A stretch of DNA of 64,000 nt from Caldilineaceae bacterium (GTDB lineage: Bacteria; Chloroflexota; Anaerolineae; Caldilineales; Caldilineaceae). The DNA lies in NCBI GenBank assembly GCA_965202955.1, contig OZ241871.1, positions 4,429,264-4,493,263 of the forward strand, written 5' to 3'. A model generated the notes under the pieces. That model saw only the letters and a program-made list of their open reading frames with translations. It ran no database searches and was not told the origin of the DNA. Shown one piece after another: positions 34,668-45,433 of the stretch (positions within the stretch are counted from its first letter, which is position 1; the number at the start of each line of letters is the position of its first letter). The position numbers were made by a program, and so were the translations under genes.

Positions 34668-35854
34668 CCGATGACGCCAAGCGTCCGGACCTCGAACCGG
34701 AGATGGACGAACCGGTATTCAGACCCGAAGATGCTACCCCCGAGCAATCAGAAACAGACTCTGTTCAGAATGCGACTTCTGGACAGACTGAGGACTGGGA
34801 AAGAGACGCGTCCGGACGGGAAGGTCACTCTGACGGCGAACCGGCGTTCGGTGAACCGGTTTTTTCTCCGGAAGAGCCCATTCCGGAGCCGGCAGAACCA
34901 GTGTTTTCCACCGACCCGGAACCGGACCTGCCAGGTGACTCTGATGCCGATTCGTCAGGATCACCAGAACCGGAGTTTCATTTCGATTCGGGCGGCATAC
35001 AGGACGCTGACTTTCGGCCTGTGGCGGACGCCGCCGAGCCTAATTTCGGACAGGATGGAGAAGAGGCTGTTTCCCTGCAGGACGGGATGTACCAGGAACC
35101 GCCAGAAACATCCGACGGGCAGTCCTCAGTGGAGGCTCCGGCCTTCGAGGATGCCTCGGACGATGAACCAGCCTTTGGATCGGTCTTGGAGGCAGAAACG
35201 TTTGACGGGGCCGCTTCCGAAGAGGACGGGAACGCAGCGGAAGGCTGGGTGAATATCTCGCCGGACTCGGAAATGTCGGTCGAGCCCCTTCCTGAAAAGG
35301 AATATAATTTATTTGAAGAAACGCCCGCCGCCGATGTCGCGATGACACCGCCGCCGCGCCGCAAGCTCGGCCGCACCGGCCCTGTCTGGGTGTTAGGCGG
35401 CATTGTACTCGTTATTATTGCAGGTCTTGTGTGGCTGGCAATCTCACTGCTGACGGGCGCGCCGGAAGAGGTCACGCAGACCGTGGCCGAACCGACCGTG
35501 GAGCAGGTGGAAGAGGCGGCGCCGACTACACCGCCGCCGACTGCGTCGCCAGGCCCGCAGCCCACACCGACTCGGGTCCTGTTGCCTGTCTTGAGCAATG
35601 TTATCGTTGGCGGTACCGAGGGGCAGGGTGTAATGTTGCGCCAGGAACCGAATGTGAACGGCACGTTTATCACAATTATCAAAGAGGGGGAACAGGCAAT
35701 CGTCTTGGAACCGGAGCCGGCGGACGAACAGTACCCTGTCGATGCAGATGGCTTCCTGTGGTATCGCATACGGGTACCCGGCCAGTTGGACGAGGACGAA
35801 AATCCCCTGGTCGGCTGGAGCGCGTCTAATTTCTTTATCATGGATGAACAATGA
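34664..35854 (+). CDS. Single-pass membrane protein: acidic EPxF-repeat N-terminal region, TM helix, Pro/Thr linker, C-terminal SH3b-like domain
   Basis: GTG 34664 lies 8 nt after GGGAGG and overlaps the polX stop (GTGA); the track uses GTG 34655. TM helix PVWVLGGIVLVIIAGLVWLAISLL is preceded by RRKLGR. C-terminal GVMLRQEPNVNGTFITIIKEGEQAIVLE...FLWYRIRVPG...VGWSASNF is SH3_3-like. Confidence 0.7.
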   Translation: MTDDAKRPDLEPEMDEPVFRPEDATPEQSETDSVQNATSGQTEDWERDASGREGHSDGEPAFGEPVFSPEEPIPEPAEPVFSTDPEPDLPGDSDADSSGSPEPEFHFDSGGIQDADFRPVADAAEPNFGQDGEEAVSLQDGMYQEPPETSDGQSSVEAPAFEDASDDEPAFGSVLEAETFDGAASEEDGNAAEGWVNISPDSEMSVEPLPEKEYNLFEETPAADVAMTPPPRRKLGRTGPVWVLGGIVLVIIAGLVWLAISLLTGAPEEVTQTVAEPTVEQVEEAAPTTPPPTASPGPQPTPTRVLLPVLSNVIVGGTEGQGVMLRQEPNVNGTFITIIKEGEQAIVLEPEPADEQYPVDADGFLWYRIRVPGQLDEDENPLVGWSASNFFIMDEQ

Positions 35855-35961
35855 ATTTATTTTCGCATAGACATAAAAGGCACCAACTAAACATACTCAT
35901 TTATACCTTTCCACCAACCTCCACGCTTCAGCATTCTGCGTAGCCGCTACTCTCCTCTTAA

Positions 35962-38021
<2,060 letters not shown>

Positions 38022-38120
38022 ACTGGGAAGAGTGGATTGCAGCCGAACGAAACGGCGGCAAAGATAACGCGCGTGACAAACGCTAATGGCCAATTCACGG
38101 CAGATTCGATAGAATCAACT

Positions 38121-38921
38121 ATGTCGACCAATGATGCGCCGCCGGCTGGCGGGGTAGAGTCGTCCGACAGCGAAGCGGCGGGCGCGTTGCAGCCTGAATT
38201 GGCGGTGCTGCAGATGCTGCGAGAGGGTGCTGCGTTGGCCTCGGATGGGGACCTGGCTGCGGCTGCGCAACGGTACGCTGAGGCGGCCGACGCGGCATCC
38301 GAAATGCAAGATCCCGCCGGCTACGGTCGCGCGATGGCGCAGTTGGCCGCGCTGGAAGAGTCTCGCGACTCAATCGAGCGGGCCTTCGGCTGCAATCGGC
38401 GGGCGCAGGAGGTTTTCCTCGAAATCGGGGATGGAGCGGGGCTGGTGCAGACGTTCCGCGTCGACGGATTCCTGCACTTGCGGACAGGAGATTTCACGGC
38501 CGCCGCGACTTCGTTTGGCAAGGCAGTTGCGCTTGCCCTCCAACACGATGGGGGAATGGCGCTGGCGACGCTCGACCAGATGGTGCCGGTCGCCAGACAC
38601 CTTGTAGAATCTGACGAGCTTCCCGCGCTGCTTCCCTTGGGCGCTTCGCTGAAGGCGGCGGTGGAGAGCGCGGAATCGGTGCAGTCGCCTGAATTGCGCG
38701 GGTTTTCCGAGTTGGCGGCGACTGTTGGTGGCGCGCTGGCGCCGTTGGCCGTGCTCGCCGAGGAGCCGGAGCTGGCAGCGGAACAAAGGAGAAAACTTGC
38801 GGTGCGGGCCACTCATCAAGCCTGGATGATCGACGCCCTGACGAGAAAGCGATGGGCCCTGGCCGAGCTTGTGAAGGAAACGTTGCAGACCAAACTGAAC
38901 TTTCATGAAGATTTGGACTGA
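38121..38921 (+). CDS. Hypothetical protein, all-helical, TPR-like
   Basis: The track ORF starts at TTG 38037; ATG 38121 (MSTNDAPPAGG...) is preferred. Ala/Leu-rich helical repeats such as GDLAAAAQRYAEAADAASEMQDPAGYGRAMAQLAAL. No family recognised. Confidence 0.55.
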   Translation: MSTNDAPPAGGVESSDSEAAGALQPELAVLQMLREGAALASDGDLAAAAQRYAEAADAASEMQDPAGYGRAMAQLAALEESRDSIERAFGCNRRAQEVFLEIGDGAGLVQTFRVDGFLHLRTGDFTAAATSFGKAVALALQHDGGMALATLDQMVPVARHLVESDELPALLPLGASLKAAVESAESVQSPELRGFSELAATVGGALAPLAVLAEEPELAAEQRRKLAVRATHQAWMIDALTRKRWALAELVKETLQTKLNFHEDLD

Positions 38922-38926
38922 CAGTC

Positions 38927-40507
38927 ATGACTGAAATCTGGACACCCGGCAGCCCGCCACCGTCTCAACCGTCTGGTGGCATTGAACTTCCTAAAGGGTT
39001 TTCGACCTCGCGTCGCCAAGAAGAGGAAGTGCCGGATTCGACAACCGAAGACCAGCTCCCTGAACAGCCCGCTACCCAGGAAGAGGAGACGCCTGCGCCC
39101 GCGCCTGACGGCGCGCAGGCAGTTGAGCGGCCGCAGCAGCCCGAATTGGACCTGTTGTTTCCGCCCGCCGGCGTGCAGGTGAATTGCCCCGGGTGCGGCG
39201 TCGCCTACACGGCAGCAGTCTTCACAATCGTCGATTTCGGCGCCAACCCGGAGCTCAAGCCGATGGTCCTTGGCGGCCAGATTAATACGGCTGTTTGCAG
39301 CGCCTGTGGCGCCGGAGGTCCGCTTAGCGTGCCTTTGATGGTCCACGATCCCGAACACGAGTTTTTGGGCGTTGTCATCCCCGGCCAGGCGCGCATTGAC
39401 GACATGCAGCTGCAGAAGACTATCGGCGACATGAGCCAGGCCCTGATGGGGCGCCTGCCCTCTGAACAGCGGCGCGGCTATATGCTCCAGCCACAGCAGT
39501 TCTTCGAATGGGACTCGTTGATGGAGAAGCTGTGGGGATTTGAAGGCGTAACGCCGGAGATGCTTCGCCGCCGCCGCGAGCAGTCCGATCTTATCGGGAG
39601 TCTCATTCGCCTGGGCAGCGATGAATCGGCCATGCAGCTGGTCGTAGAACGCAACAAGGGCCTGGTAGATTCGAGCTTTTTCGTCCTCTTGAGCCAGGTA
39701 ATCAACGCTCTTTCCGCCGAAGGTCAGTCGGAGCAACTAGAGGCCATTCTGAACCTGCGCCAGGCCTTGATGGAGACTACAGAGGCTGGCAAGGAACTCA
39801 AAGCGCTCGAAGTGCGGGTCCAGGATGCGTTGGACAAGATTGGGCCGGGAACGACACGCGAGGATCTGCTTACGCTTCTCATGGATTACTGGCTCGAGGG
39901 CGAGAGCGGCGAGGCCATTGCTTCCGCCGTCCTCAGCGCCGCAGCCCAACTAACCGACTACCAATTCCTCCTCGGCCTCGCCGACCGACTTGAACGGTCC
40001 GACGATCCCGAAGAACGTTCCGCCCTGATTGCCATTCGCGAACGCGTTGTCGAAATCGGCGAGCAGCGCAGCCAGAGCCAACAGGCGGCCGCGCAACAGG
40101 TCCAGGCCGTCCTGCAGAAGGTTCTTCAAGCCCCCGACACCGACGCGGCCCTGCAGGAAAATGCAGACCAGATCGACGAGATGTTTCTCGCAGTTCTGGC
40201 ATCCAACATCCAGCAGGCAGAGCAGAGCAAAGCCACCTTCGCCGTGCAAAGACTGCGCGTGATATACCAGAAGGCGCTCGCGATTGTCGAAGAGAGGCTG
40301 CCTCCCGAGTTGAGGCTTCTCAACCGCCTGCTCGCCGCGCCCGATGAAGGCGCACTGCGCCGCCTCCTGCAGGAGCACCGCGCCGATCTTTCACAGGAAT
40401 TCGTCGGCGCCTTGAAATCACTTGAAGAACGCTTCAGCGGCGAGGGAAACACCGCGCTGGCAAACCGAGTCAAGAGCATTCGCGGGCAGGTCGCGCTTCT
40501 GCTCTAA
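38927..40507 (+). CDS. CpXC-domain zinc-ribbon protein with a long helical C-terminal extension
   Basis: VNCPGCGVAYTAAVFTIVDFGANPELKPMVLGGQINTAVCSACGAGGPLSVPLMVHDPE matches the CpXC pattern (CPxCG ... CxxCG). It is followed by about 350 aa of predicted helices. An acidic N-terminus precedes the ribbon. Confidence 0.65.
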   Translation: MTEIWTPGSPPPSQPSGGIELPKGFSTSRRQEEEVPDSTTEDQLPEQPATQEEETPAPAPDGAQAVERPQQPELDLLFPPAGVQVNCPGCGVAYTAAVFTIVDFGANPELKPMVLGGQINTAVCSACGAGGPLSVPLMVHDPEHEFLGVVIPGQARIDDMQLQKTIGDMSQALMGRLPSEQRRGYMLQPQQFFEWDSLMEKLWGFEGVTPEMLRRRREQSDLIGSLIRLGSDESAMQLVVERNKGLVDSSFFVLLSQVINALSAEGQSEQLEAILNLRQALMETTEAGKELKALEVRVQDALDKIGPGTTREDLLTLLMDYWLEGESGEAIASAVLSAAAQLTDYQFLLGLADRLERSDDPEERSALIAIRERVVEIGEQRSQSQQAAAQQVQAVLQKVLQAPDTDAALQENADQIDEMFLAVLASNIQQAEQSKATFAVQRLRVIYQKALAIVEERLPPELRLLNRLLAAPDEGALRRLLQEHRADLSQEFVGALKSLEERFSGEGNTALANRVKSIRGQVALLL

Positions 40508-40555
40508 GCAGTCCATCCCGGTCTCCGAGGCAAGTCGCACAGGCCAACAAGGCTA

Positions 40556-41806
40556 ATGACTGACTCCAAGAATGTCGCAGCCGAGCTTGTAACCTCCGGC
40601 ACCGAAATCCTCCTCGGCGATATCGTCGACACGAACGCAGCCTGGATCGCACAGCAGCTACGTGAAATCGGCGTCAATCTGTACTACAAGACGACCGTCG
40701 GCGATAACGAACCGCGCCTTCGAGGGGTGCTGGAGACAGCCTTGGCCCGCAGCGATGTGGTTCTCATTACGGGCGGACTAGGACCGACAGCCGACGACAT
40801 CACCCGCGATGCAATTGCAAACGCCACCGGCTGTCCGCTCGAACGCCACCCGGACATCGAAGCCAATCTGCGCGAACGGTTCGCCCGCTGGGGCTATCGC
40901 CAGATGAGTGAAAACAACCTGCGCCAGGCTCTGATCCCTGAATCGGCGACAGTGCTCGAAAACCCGGTCGGCACGGCGCCAGGGTTCGTCACCAGTGACC
41001 GCCGCCACGGACGAGACGGCAAGGTTATCGCCATGCCGGGCGTTCCCCGCGAAATGAAGCGCATGATGAATGATCTCGTGCTGCCCTTACTGCGCGAGTT
41101 GACAGGCGGCGTGGGCGTCATTCGCCGCCGCATTCTGCGGACCGTCGGCATCGGCGAGAGCAATCTGGACGCCGAACTGGGCGACCTGATGAACAGCGCC
41201 AATCCGACAATGGGCCTCGCGGCACATCTCGGGCAGGCCGACGTCCGCATCGCGGCGCGTGCCGAAACCGTAAGCGATGCCGAACAGATGCTGGACGAAA
41301 TGGAAGAGCGCGTGCGCGCAGTAATCGGCGAATATGTCTACAGCACGACACCCGAAGAGACGGTTGAATCGGTGCTGGCGCAGCTGCTCGTCCAGGCCGA
41401 GGCGCAGGTCGCGCTGCTCGAGACGATGACCGGCGGCGCCATCGCCGAGCGCATGCGAAACGGGGCCGGCCCGGAGGAGACCCGTATTTGCGTGGTCGAC
41501 GAGCCGTCCCAGGAGACGAAAAGGCTGCTCGACAGCCCGCCGCAGGGCGATGTGGCCAGAGAGCTGGCCCTACACTTGCGTGACGAATTCGGGGCGTCTC
41601 ACGGCCTTGCCGTGATCACCAGCGGCAGCCCAGATGAGTCTTTCCATTCCAACCAGGGGGGCGAGACCTGGATCGGCTGCGCCGGTCCGAATCGCGCCGA
41701 GGTCGTGCGCTTTCCCTTCGGCGGTGCAGACCGTCTGACCAATGCGTGGGTTGGCAACAGGGCGATGGACCTGCTCCGCCGCATCTTGGTTGACATTGAC
41801 GTGTAG
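40556..41806 (+). CDS. cinA: Competence/damage-inducible protein CinA (MoCF-type N-domain plus PncC-like NMN deamidase C-domain)
   Basis: AELVTSGTEILLGDIVDTNAAWIAQQL...VVLITGGLGPTADDITRDAIA, and ETMTGGAIAERM in the C-terminal half. Confidence 0.9.
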   Translation: MTDSKNVAAELVTSGTEILLGDIVDTNAAWIAQQLREIGVNLYYKTTVGDNEPRLRGVLETALARSDVVLITGGLGPTADDITRDAIANATGCPLERHPDIEANLRERFARWGYRQMSENNLRQALIPESATVLENPVGTAPGFVTSDRRHGRDGKVIAMPGVPREMKRMMNDLVLPLLRELTGGVGVIRRRILRTVGIGESNLDAELGDLMNSANPTMGLAAHLGQADVRIAARAETVSDAEQMLDEMEERVRAVIGEYVYSTTPEETVESVLAQLLVQAEAQVALLETMTGGAIAERMRNGAGPEETRICVVDEPSQETKRLLDSPPQGDVARELALHLRDEFGASHGLAVITSGSPDESFHSNQGGETWIGCAGPNRAEVVRFPFGGADRLTNAWVGNRAMDLLRRILVDIDV

Positions 41807-41970
41807 CAAAAGGGGCTGCTCAACTCTGGGGCCAGGAGAAAGGAGGAGCAACAACCGATCCAACTCCCCTCTTCTCTCTTCTCAACCTCTCTTTGTCCCC
41901 TTCGGAGTAGAAACGGAGCACAGGCGAATCCATTGCTTTTCGTCCTGTGTCTCCGAGGTGCAATTCGGCA

Positions 41971-43278
41971 ATGAGCATCAAGCGTTACCTTCCGGTTCCA
42001 CTCCGGTACTCGCGGAAAGTACTGCATCGCGGCCTTCCCGCCTTTGTTCGCCCTTATCTGTTGCTTATTTTCGGCAGCGCGATCCTGCTCAGCTTCGTCG
42101 TGGTCAGCTCAGACGTGACGGGCGGCGAGAACGGGACGGTGGAGGTCGCGCATTCGGAGGATGTCCTTGCGGACAAAGCGCCCGAACAGCGGTCCGACCG
42201 GTTCCCTGTACGGCAGCCAATCCACGAGCCGCAAGTGCAGATCGAAGTCGAGGCCACACCTACAGCCACGGCAACCGAGACGCCAGCGCCAACGGCAACG
42301 CCTGTGCCAACAGCCACGAACACTCCGCATCCGACGCCGGAGGTCGACGACCTTGGTGCGACGACAACTGTCCTGATCCTGGGCAGCGACAGAAGGCCGG
42401 ACCAGCCCAACTGGCGCACCGACGTCATCATGCTGATGTTGTTGAATCCGGAGCTTGGCGAGGCGGCGGTTATTTCCTTCCCGCGCGACATGTACGTCGA
42501 CCACATTCCCGGTCACCTACCCAACCGCATCAATGTCATCGACTATCTGGGCGAGATGGACGCGCCGGGGGGCGGCGGTCCTGCGCTGCTGATCTCGATC
42601 CTGGAGCAGCGGCTCAACATCGAAATCGATCACTATGTGCGGTTCCAGTTTGGCGGTTTTACGAAGCTGATTGACGAGTTGGGGGGGCTCAGGATCTATG
42701 TTGACTGTTACCTGTACGAGTACTACCCGGAGGAGGGCATCTATCTGAACCTGCCTCCGGGGGAACATCTGCTGAGCGGGCAGCAGGCGCTCAGTTATGT
42801 ACGCAGCCGCCGTTCGGGCGGCGGGGACCTGGAGCGGGCCCGGCGGCAGCAGCGAGTCGTGTGGGCGCTTCGCAAGCAGTTTTCGGACCTCGATTGGAAC
42901 ATGGTCCTGCAAGGCGTAAGGCTGTACGAGACAATGCGTTATACGGTTGACACCGACGTGGGAATTTTGGACGCGCTCAAGTACGCCCGTTTTGGCCTGT
43001 CTCTGAATGAGACAAACGTGAAGGGGATGGTGCTGGGGGAGCCGGCGTTGACTGCGGCCGTACGCCAGAATATGTATGTCTTCCTGGTGGACTGGATCTA
43101 TGTCTCCACAGAAATCCGGCGCGTCTTCGACCGGCCGCCTCTGATCGACACCAATACTGCGCTCAGTCCCAACCGGCCGAAGCCCGCTGAAGGCGGCGGC
43201 GAAGATGCCGTAACCCGGCCCGAATGCCCTTCGGTCGGGGCTTATAACCCCGATTGGCGATCTCTCAGCGCGCGGTAG
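41971..43278 (+). CDS. LytR-CpsA-Psr (LCP) family cell-envelope glycopolymer transferase
   Basis: N-terminal TM helix, a Thr/Pro linker (TPTATATETPAPTATPVPTATNTP), then VLILGSDRR...RTDVIMLMLLNP...ISFPRDMYV...INVIDYLG...IDHYVRFQFGGFTKLIDELGG. ATG 41971 is preferred over GTG 41947. Confidence 0.85.
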   Translation: MSIKRYLPVPLRYSRKVLHRGLPAFVRPYLLLIFGSAILLSFVVVSSDVTGGENGTVEVAHSEDVLADKAPEQRSDRFPVRQPIHEPQVQIEVEATPTATATETPAPTATPVPTATNTPHPTPEVDDLGATTTVLILGSDRRPDQPNWRTDVIMLMLLNPELGEAAVISFPRDMYVDHIPGHLPNRINVIDYLGEMDAPGGGGPALLISILEQRLNIEIDHYVRFQFGGFTKLIDELGGLRIYVDCYLYEYYPEEGIYLNLPPGEHLLSGQQALSYVRSRRSGGGDLERARRQQRVVWALRKQFSDLDWNMVLQGVRLYETMRYTVDTDVGILDALKYARFGLSLNETNVKGMVLGEPALTAAVRQNMYVFLVDWIYVSTEIRRVFDRPPLIDTNTALSPNRPKPAEGGGEDAVTRPECPSVGAYNPDWRSLSAR

Positions 43279-43294
43279 GCGCACAAGCAGGCCC

Positions 43295-43927
43295 TCAGCG
43301 CTTCTGCATCAGATACCAGCGGGAGCGCCGTGCGTTGTGCGTGGAAGGTACCCCCATTTCTTCAGCCAGAACCGCCATTTCATCCCCAAACAGCGCCGCC
43401 ACCTCGCCCTCGTACATGCCGCGTGCACTGGGCCCTTCGGAGGTCTCCCGATCGAAGACATATAGGTGATAGTATGCCCCTGCGGCCAGGGCGCGGCAGA
43501 CGCCTTTGGCATAAGCCGGCCGGTCCGAGTCCGGCAGGCTGTGAAGGCAGCCGATGTCGAGCGCGTAGATGGCCCCCAGTCGGCCGACGGGCAGGCGTCC
43601 GACATGGGCCTGGACAAACGTGGCGCTCCCGCCGGGTGGGAAGGACCCGTCTGTGCCGTCTGCAAGCAGTCGATTGTGCGCCAGCCGCAACGCCTGTCCT
43701 GAGAGTTCGAACCCGATGGCGCGCAGGCCCTGGCGCGCCAGAAAGAGCGTGTTCAGGCCGGTGCCGCAGCCGAGATCGAGCGCAAACGCGCCGGGGAAGG
43801 GAGGGGTCCTTTCCTTCCAGAAACTCTGCACCTCCGGCGGCGTAATGCCTGTGTCCCAGGGCGTCTGCCCGCTGCGGTAGCGGGCATCCCAGTGGGCGCG
43901 AAGTTCGCTCTCTTCTTGTGGGGCCAT
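43295..43927 (-). CDS. Class I SAM-dependent methyltransferase (TPMT-like)
   Basis: HWDARYRSGQTPWD followed by motif I ALDLGCGTGLN. 210 aa. Confidence 0.8.
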   Translation of the reverse strand: MAPQEESELRAHWDARYRSGQTPWDTGITPPEVQSFWKERTPPFPGAFALDLGCGTGLNTLFLARQGLRAIGFELSGQALRLAHNRLLADGTDGSFPPGGSATFVQAHVGRLPVGRLGAIYALDIGCLHSLPDSDRPAYAKGVCRALAAGAYYHLYVFDRETSEGPSARGMYEGEVAALFGDEMAVLAEEMGVPSTHNARRSRWYLMQKR

Positions 43928-43975
43928 GGGTTGTCTCGAATGAGGCGGGCGGAAGCAAGTGAATAGAGCTGGCGG

Positions 43976-44857
43976 CTATGCGCCACCGGCATCGAGGTGG
44001 TCGGTATTTTCGGTGCGCTCCTGCGCGTAGTCCCGCGCCTCCTCGAAGCTGTCGAAGTCCTCGGTGATGAAGTCGATGATCCGCTCCGCCAGCGTAACCG
44101 GGGACTCGATCATCGGGCTGTGGCCGACGCCTCGGAGGATCTCCAGGTTTGCCGCGCCGGGAATCGACAGCAGCGAACGCGTTGCGGTCTCCTTGTCGAC
44201 GATGACGTCCTCGCTGCCCTGTACAAGGAGCGTCGGCAAGGTGAGTCGCCTGGCCTCGTCCTGCCGATTCCAGCGTGTCAGGGCCTCGGCGACGGCGGTG
44301 AATGCAACAGGCGCCATTGCGGCCGCGTCGTTCACGATCAGTTCGAAGAACTGGTCGAACTCCGTCTGTGTCATGGTCGGGGGCGGGGCTGACGGCATGA
44401 GCGCGGCCAACGCCCGCTGCAGGAGGGGCCGGTCTTCACGCATCTGCGCAAGGATCTGCAACCCTTCGAGAGGCGTGAAAGCGCCTTCGACCGGCACGCT
44501 GTCGATAAGAATCAGGCTGTGCAGCCTATCCCTATGACGCAAGGCGAACTCAATTGCAATGGCTCCGCCGCTGCCATGTCCGACCAGATCGAACTCTGTC
44601 AGGGCAAGCGCTTCGACGAATTCGGCGACATCGGCTGCCTGCTCCTCGATCTCGTAACCACTTTCCGAGTGACTGCTCTGTCCGCACCCGCGGAGATCGG
44701 GCGCGATCGCAAGTATCGAGTCCGGCAAAATGGCGCAGAAAGGCTGCCACCAGCGGCTTGACGCGTGCGAGCCGTGCAGCATGAGCAGGGGAACGCCGTC
44801 AGCATCGCCAGATTGGCGAAAATGAAAGTTCAGGCGTTGCGTCAAAACTGTCGGCAT
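43976..44857 (-). CDS. Alpha/beta-fold hydrolase
   Basis: LLMLHGSHASSRWW (oxyanion region), nucleophile elbow VGHGSGGAIA, C-terminal GHSPMIE. 293 aa. Confidence 0.85.
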   Translation of the reverse strand: MPTVLTQRLNFHFRQSGDADGVPLLMLHGSHASSRWWQPFCAILPDSILAIAPDLRGCGQSSHSESGYEIEEQAADVAEFVEALALTEFDLVGHGSGGAIAIEFALRHRDRLHSLILIDSVPVEGAFTPLEGLQILAQMREDRPLLQRALAALMPSAPPPTMTQTEFDQFFELIVNDAAAMAPVAFTAVAEALTRWNRQDEARRLTLPTLLVQGSEDVIVDKETATRSLLSIPGAANLEILRGVGHSPMIESPVTLAERIIDFITEDFDSFEEARDYAQERTENTDHLDAGGA

Positions 44858-44899
44858 TGGCAGAGTTTTCGCATAGTCATTAATAACAACTCCTCCCTC

Positions 44900-45328
44900 T
44901 CATCCACGCCGCATCATTTCGCGACCGGCTTCGTCCTCTTCGGGAATGAAAATCAGCAGCAAGGCGGCGGCACCCATTTCAGCCTGAGAACCTTCCACGC
45001 GGCCAACCTCCGCCTCCTCAAAGATCAGGCCGCCGCGCATGACGGTACCATCGGATTCGAGCCAGCCCAGGTCTCCGCCCTCAAGCAGTCCATGGCTGCG
45101 AACTTGCCCGTCTGAAGTGACTGTACCCAACTCTTTTTCGGCAAAACGAGTCTCACGCAGCACGCGCCAGCCGTTCTGGTCGCGTTCGCAGCGCCCGATG
45201 CGGAGACCCTCCTCCCAGCGCAGCCGGAAGATCTCTTCGCCCGCTACGTAGCCGACAGCGTGCTCTCCGCCGCCGCGAAAGCGGTATATCGTCGTGCGAT
45301 CGCAGGTCGATTGGATGGAGGCGTCCAT
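44900..45328 (-). CDS. Hypothetical small protein with short beta-hairpin-like repeats and a C-terminal hydrophobic segment
   Basis: 142 aa. Repeated G-x-V/I...G motifs (AVGYVAGEEIFRL, GWRVLRETRF, LGTVTSDGQVRSHG, LGWLESDGTVMRGG, VGRVEGS), then MGAAALLLIFIP. Coding status is moderately supported. Confidence 0.5.
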   Translation of the reverse strand: MDASIQSTCDRTTIYRFRGGGEHAVGYVAGEEIFRLRWEEGLRIGRCERDQNGWRVLRETRFAEKELGTVTSDGQVRSHGLLEGGDLGWLESDGTVMRGGLIFEEAEVGRVEGSQAEMGAAALLLIFIPEEDEAGREMMRRG

Positions 45329-45433
45329 GATCGGATTCTAACACTTTGCGGGGTAGCCACCAACGAGTCGGCACGCTCCAGAGCAGGTGGACTCCGGTCT
45401 GGCAACAGGGGAAAGGGACGGTCTGCTGGACTC

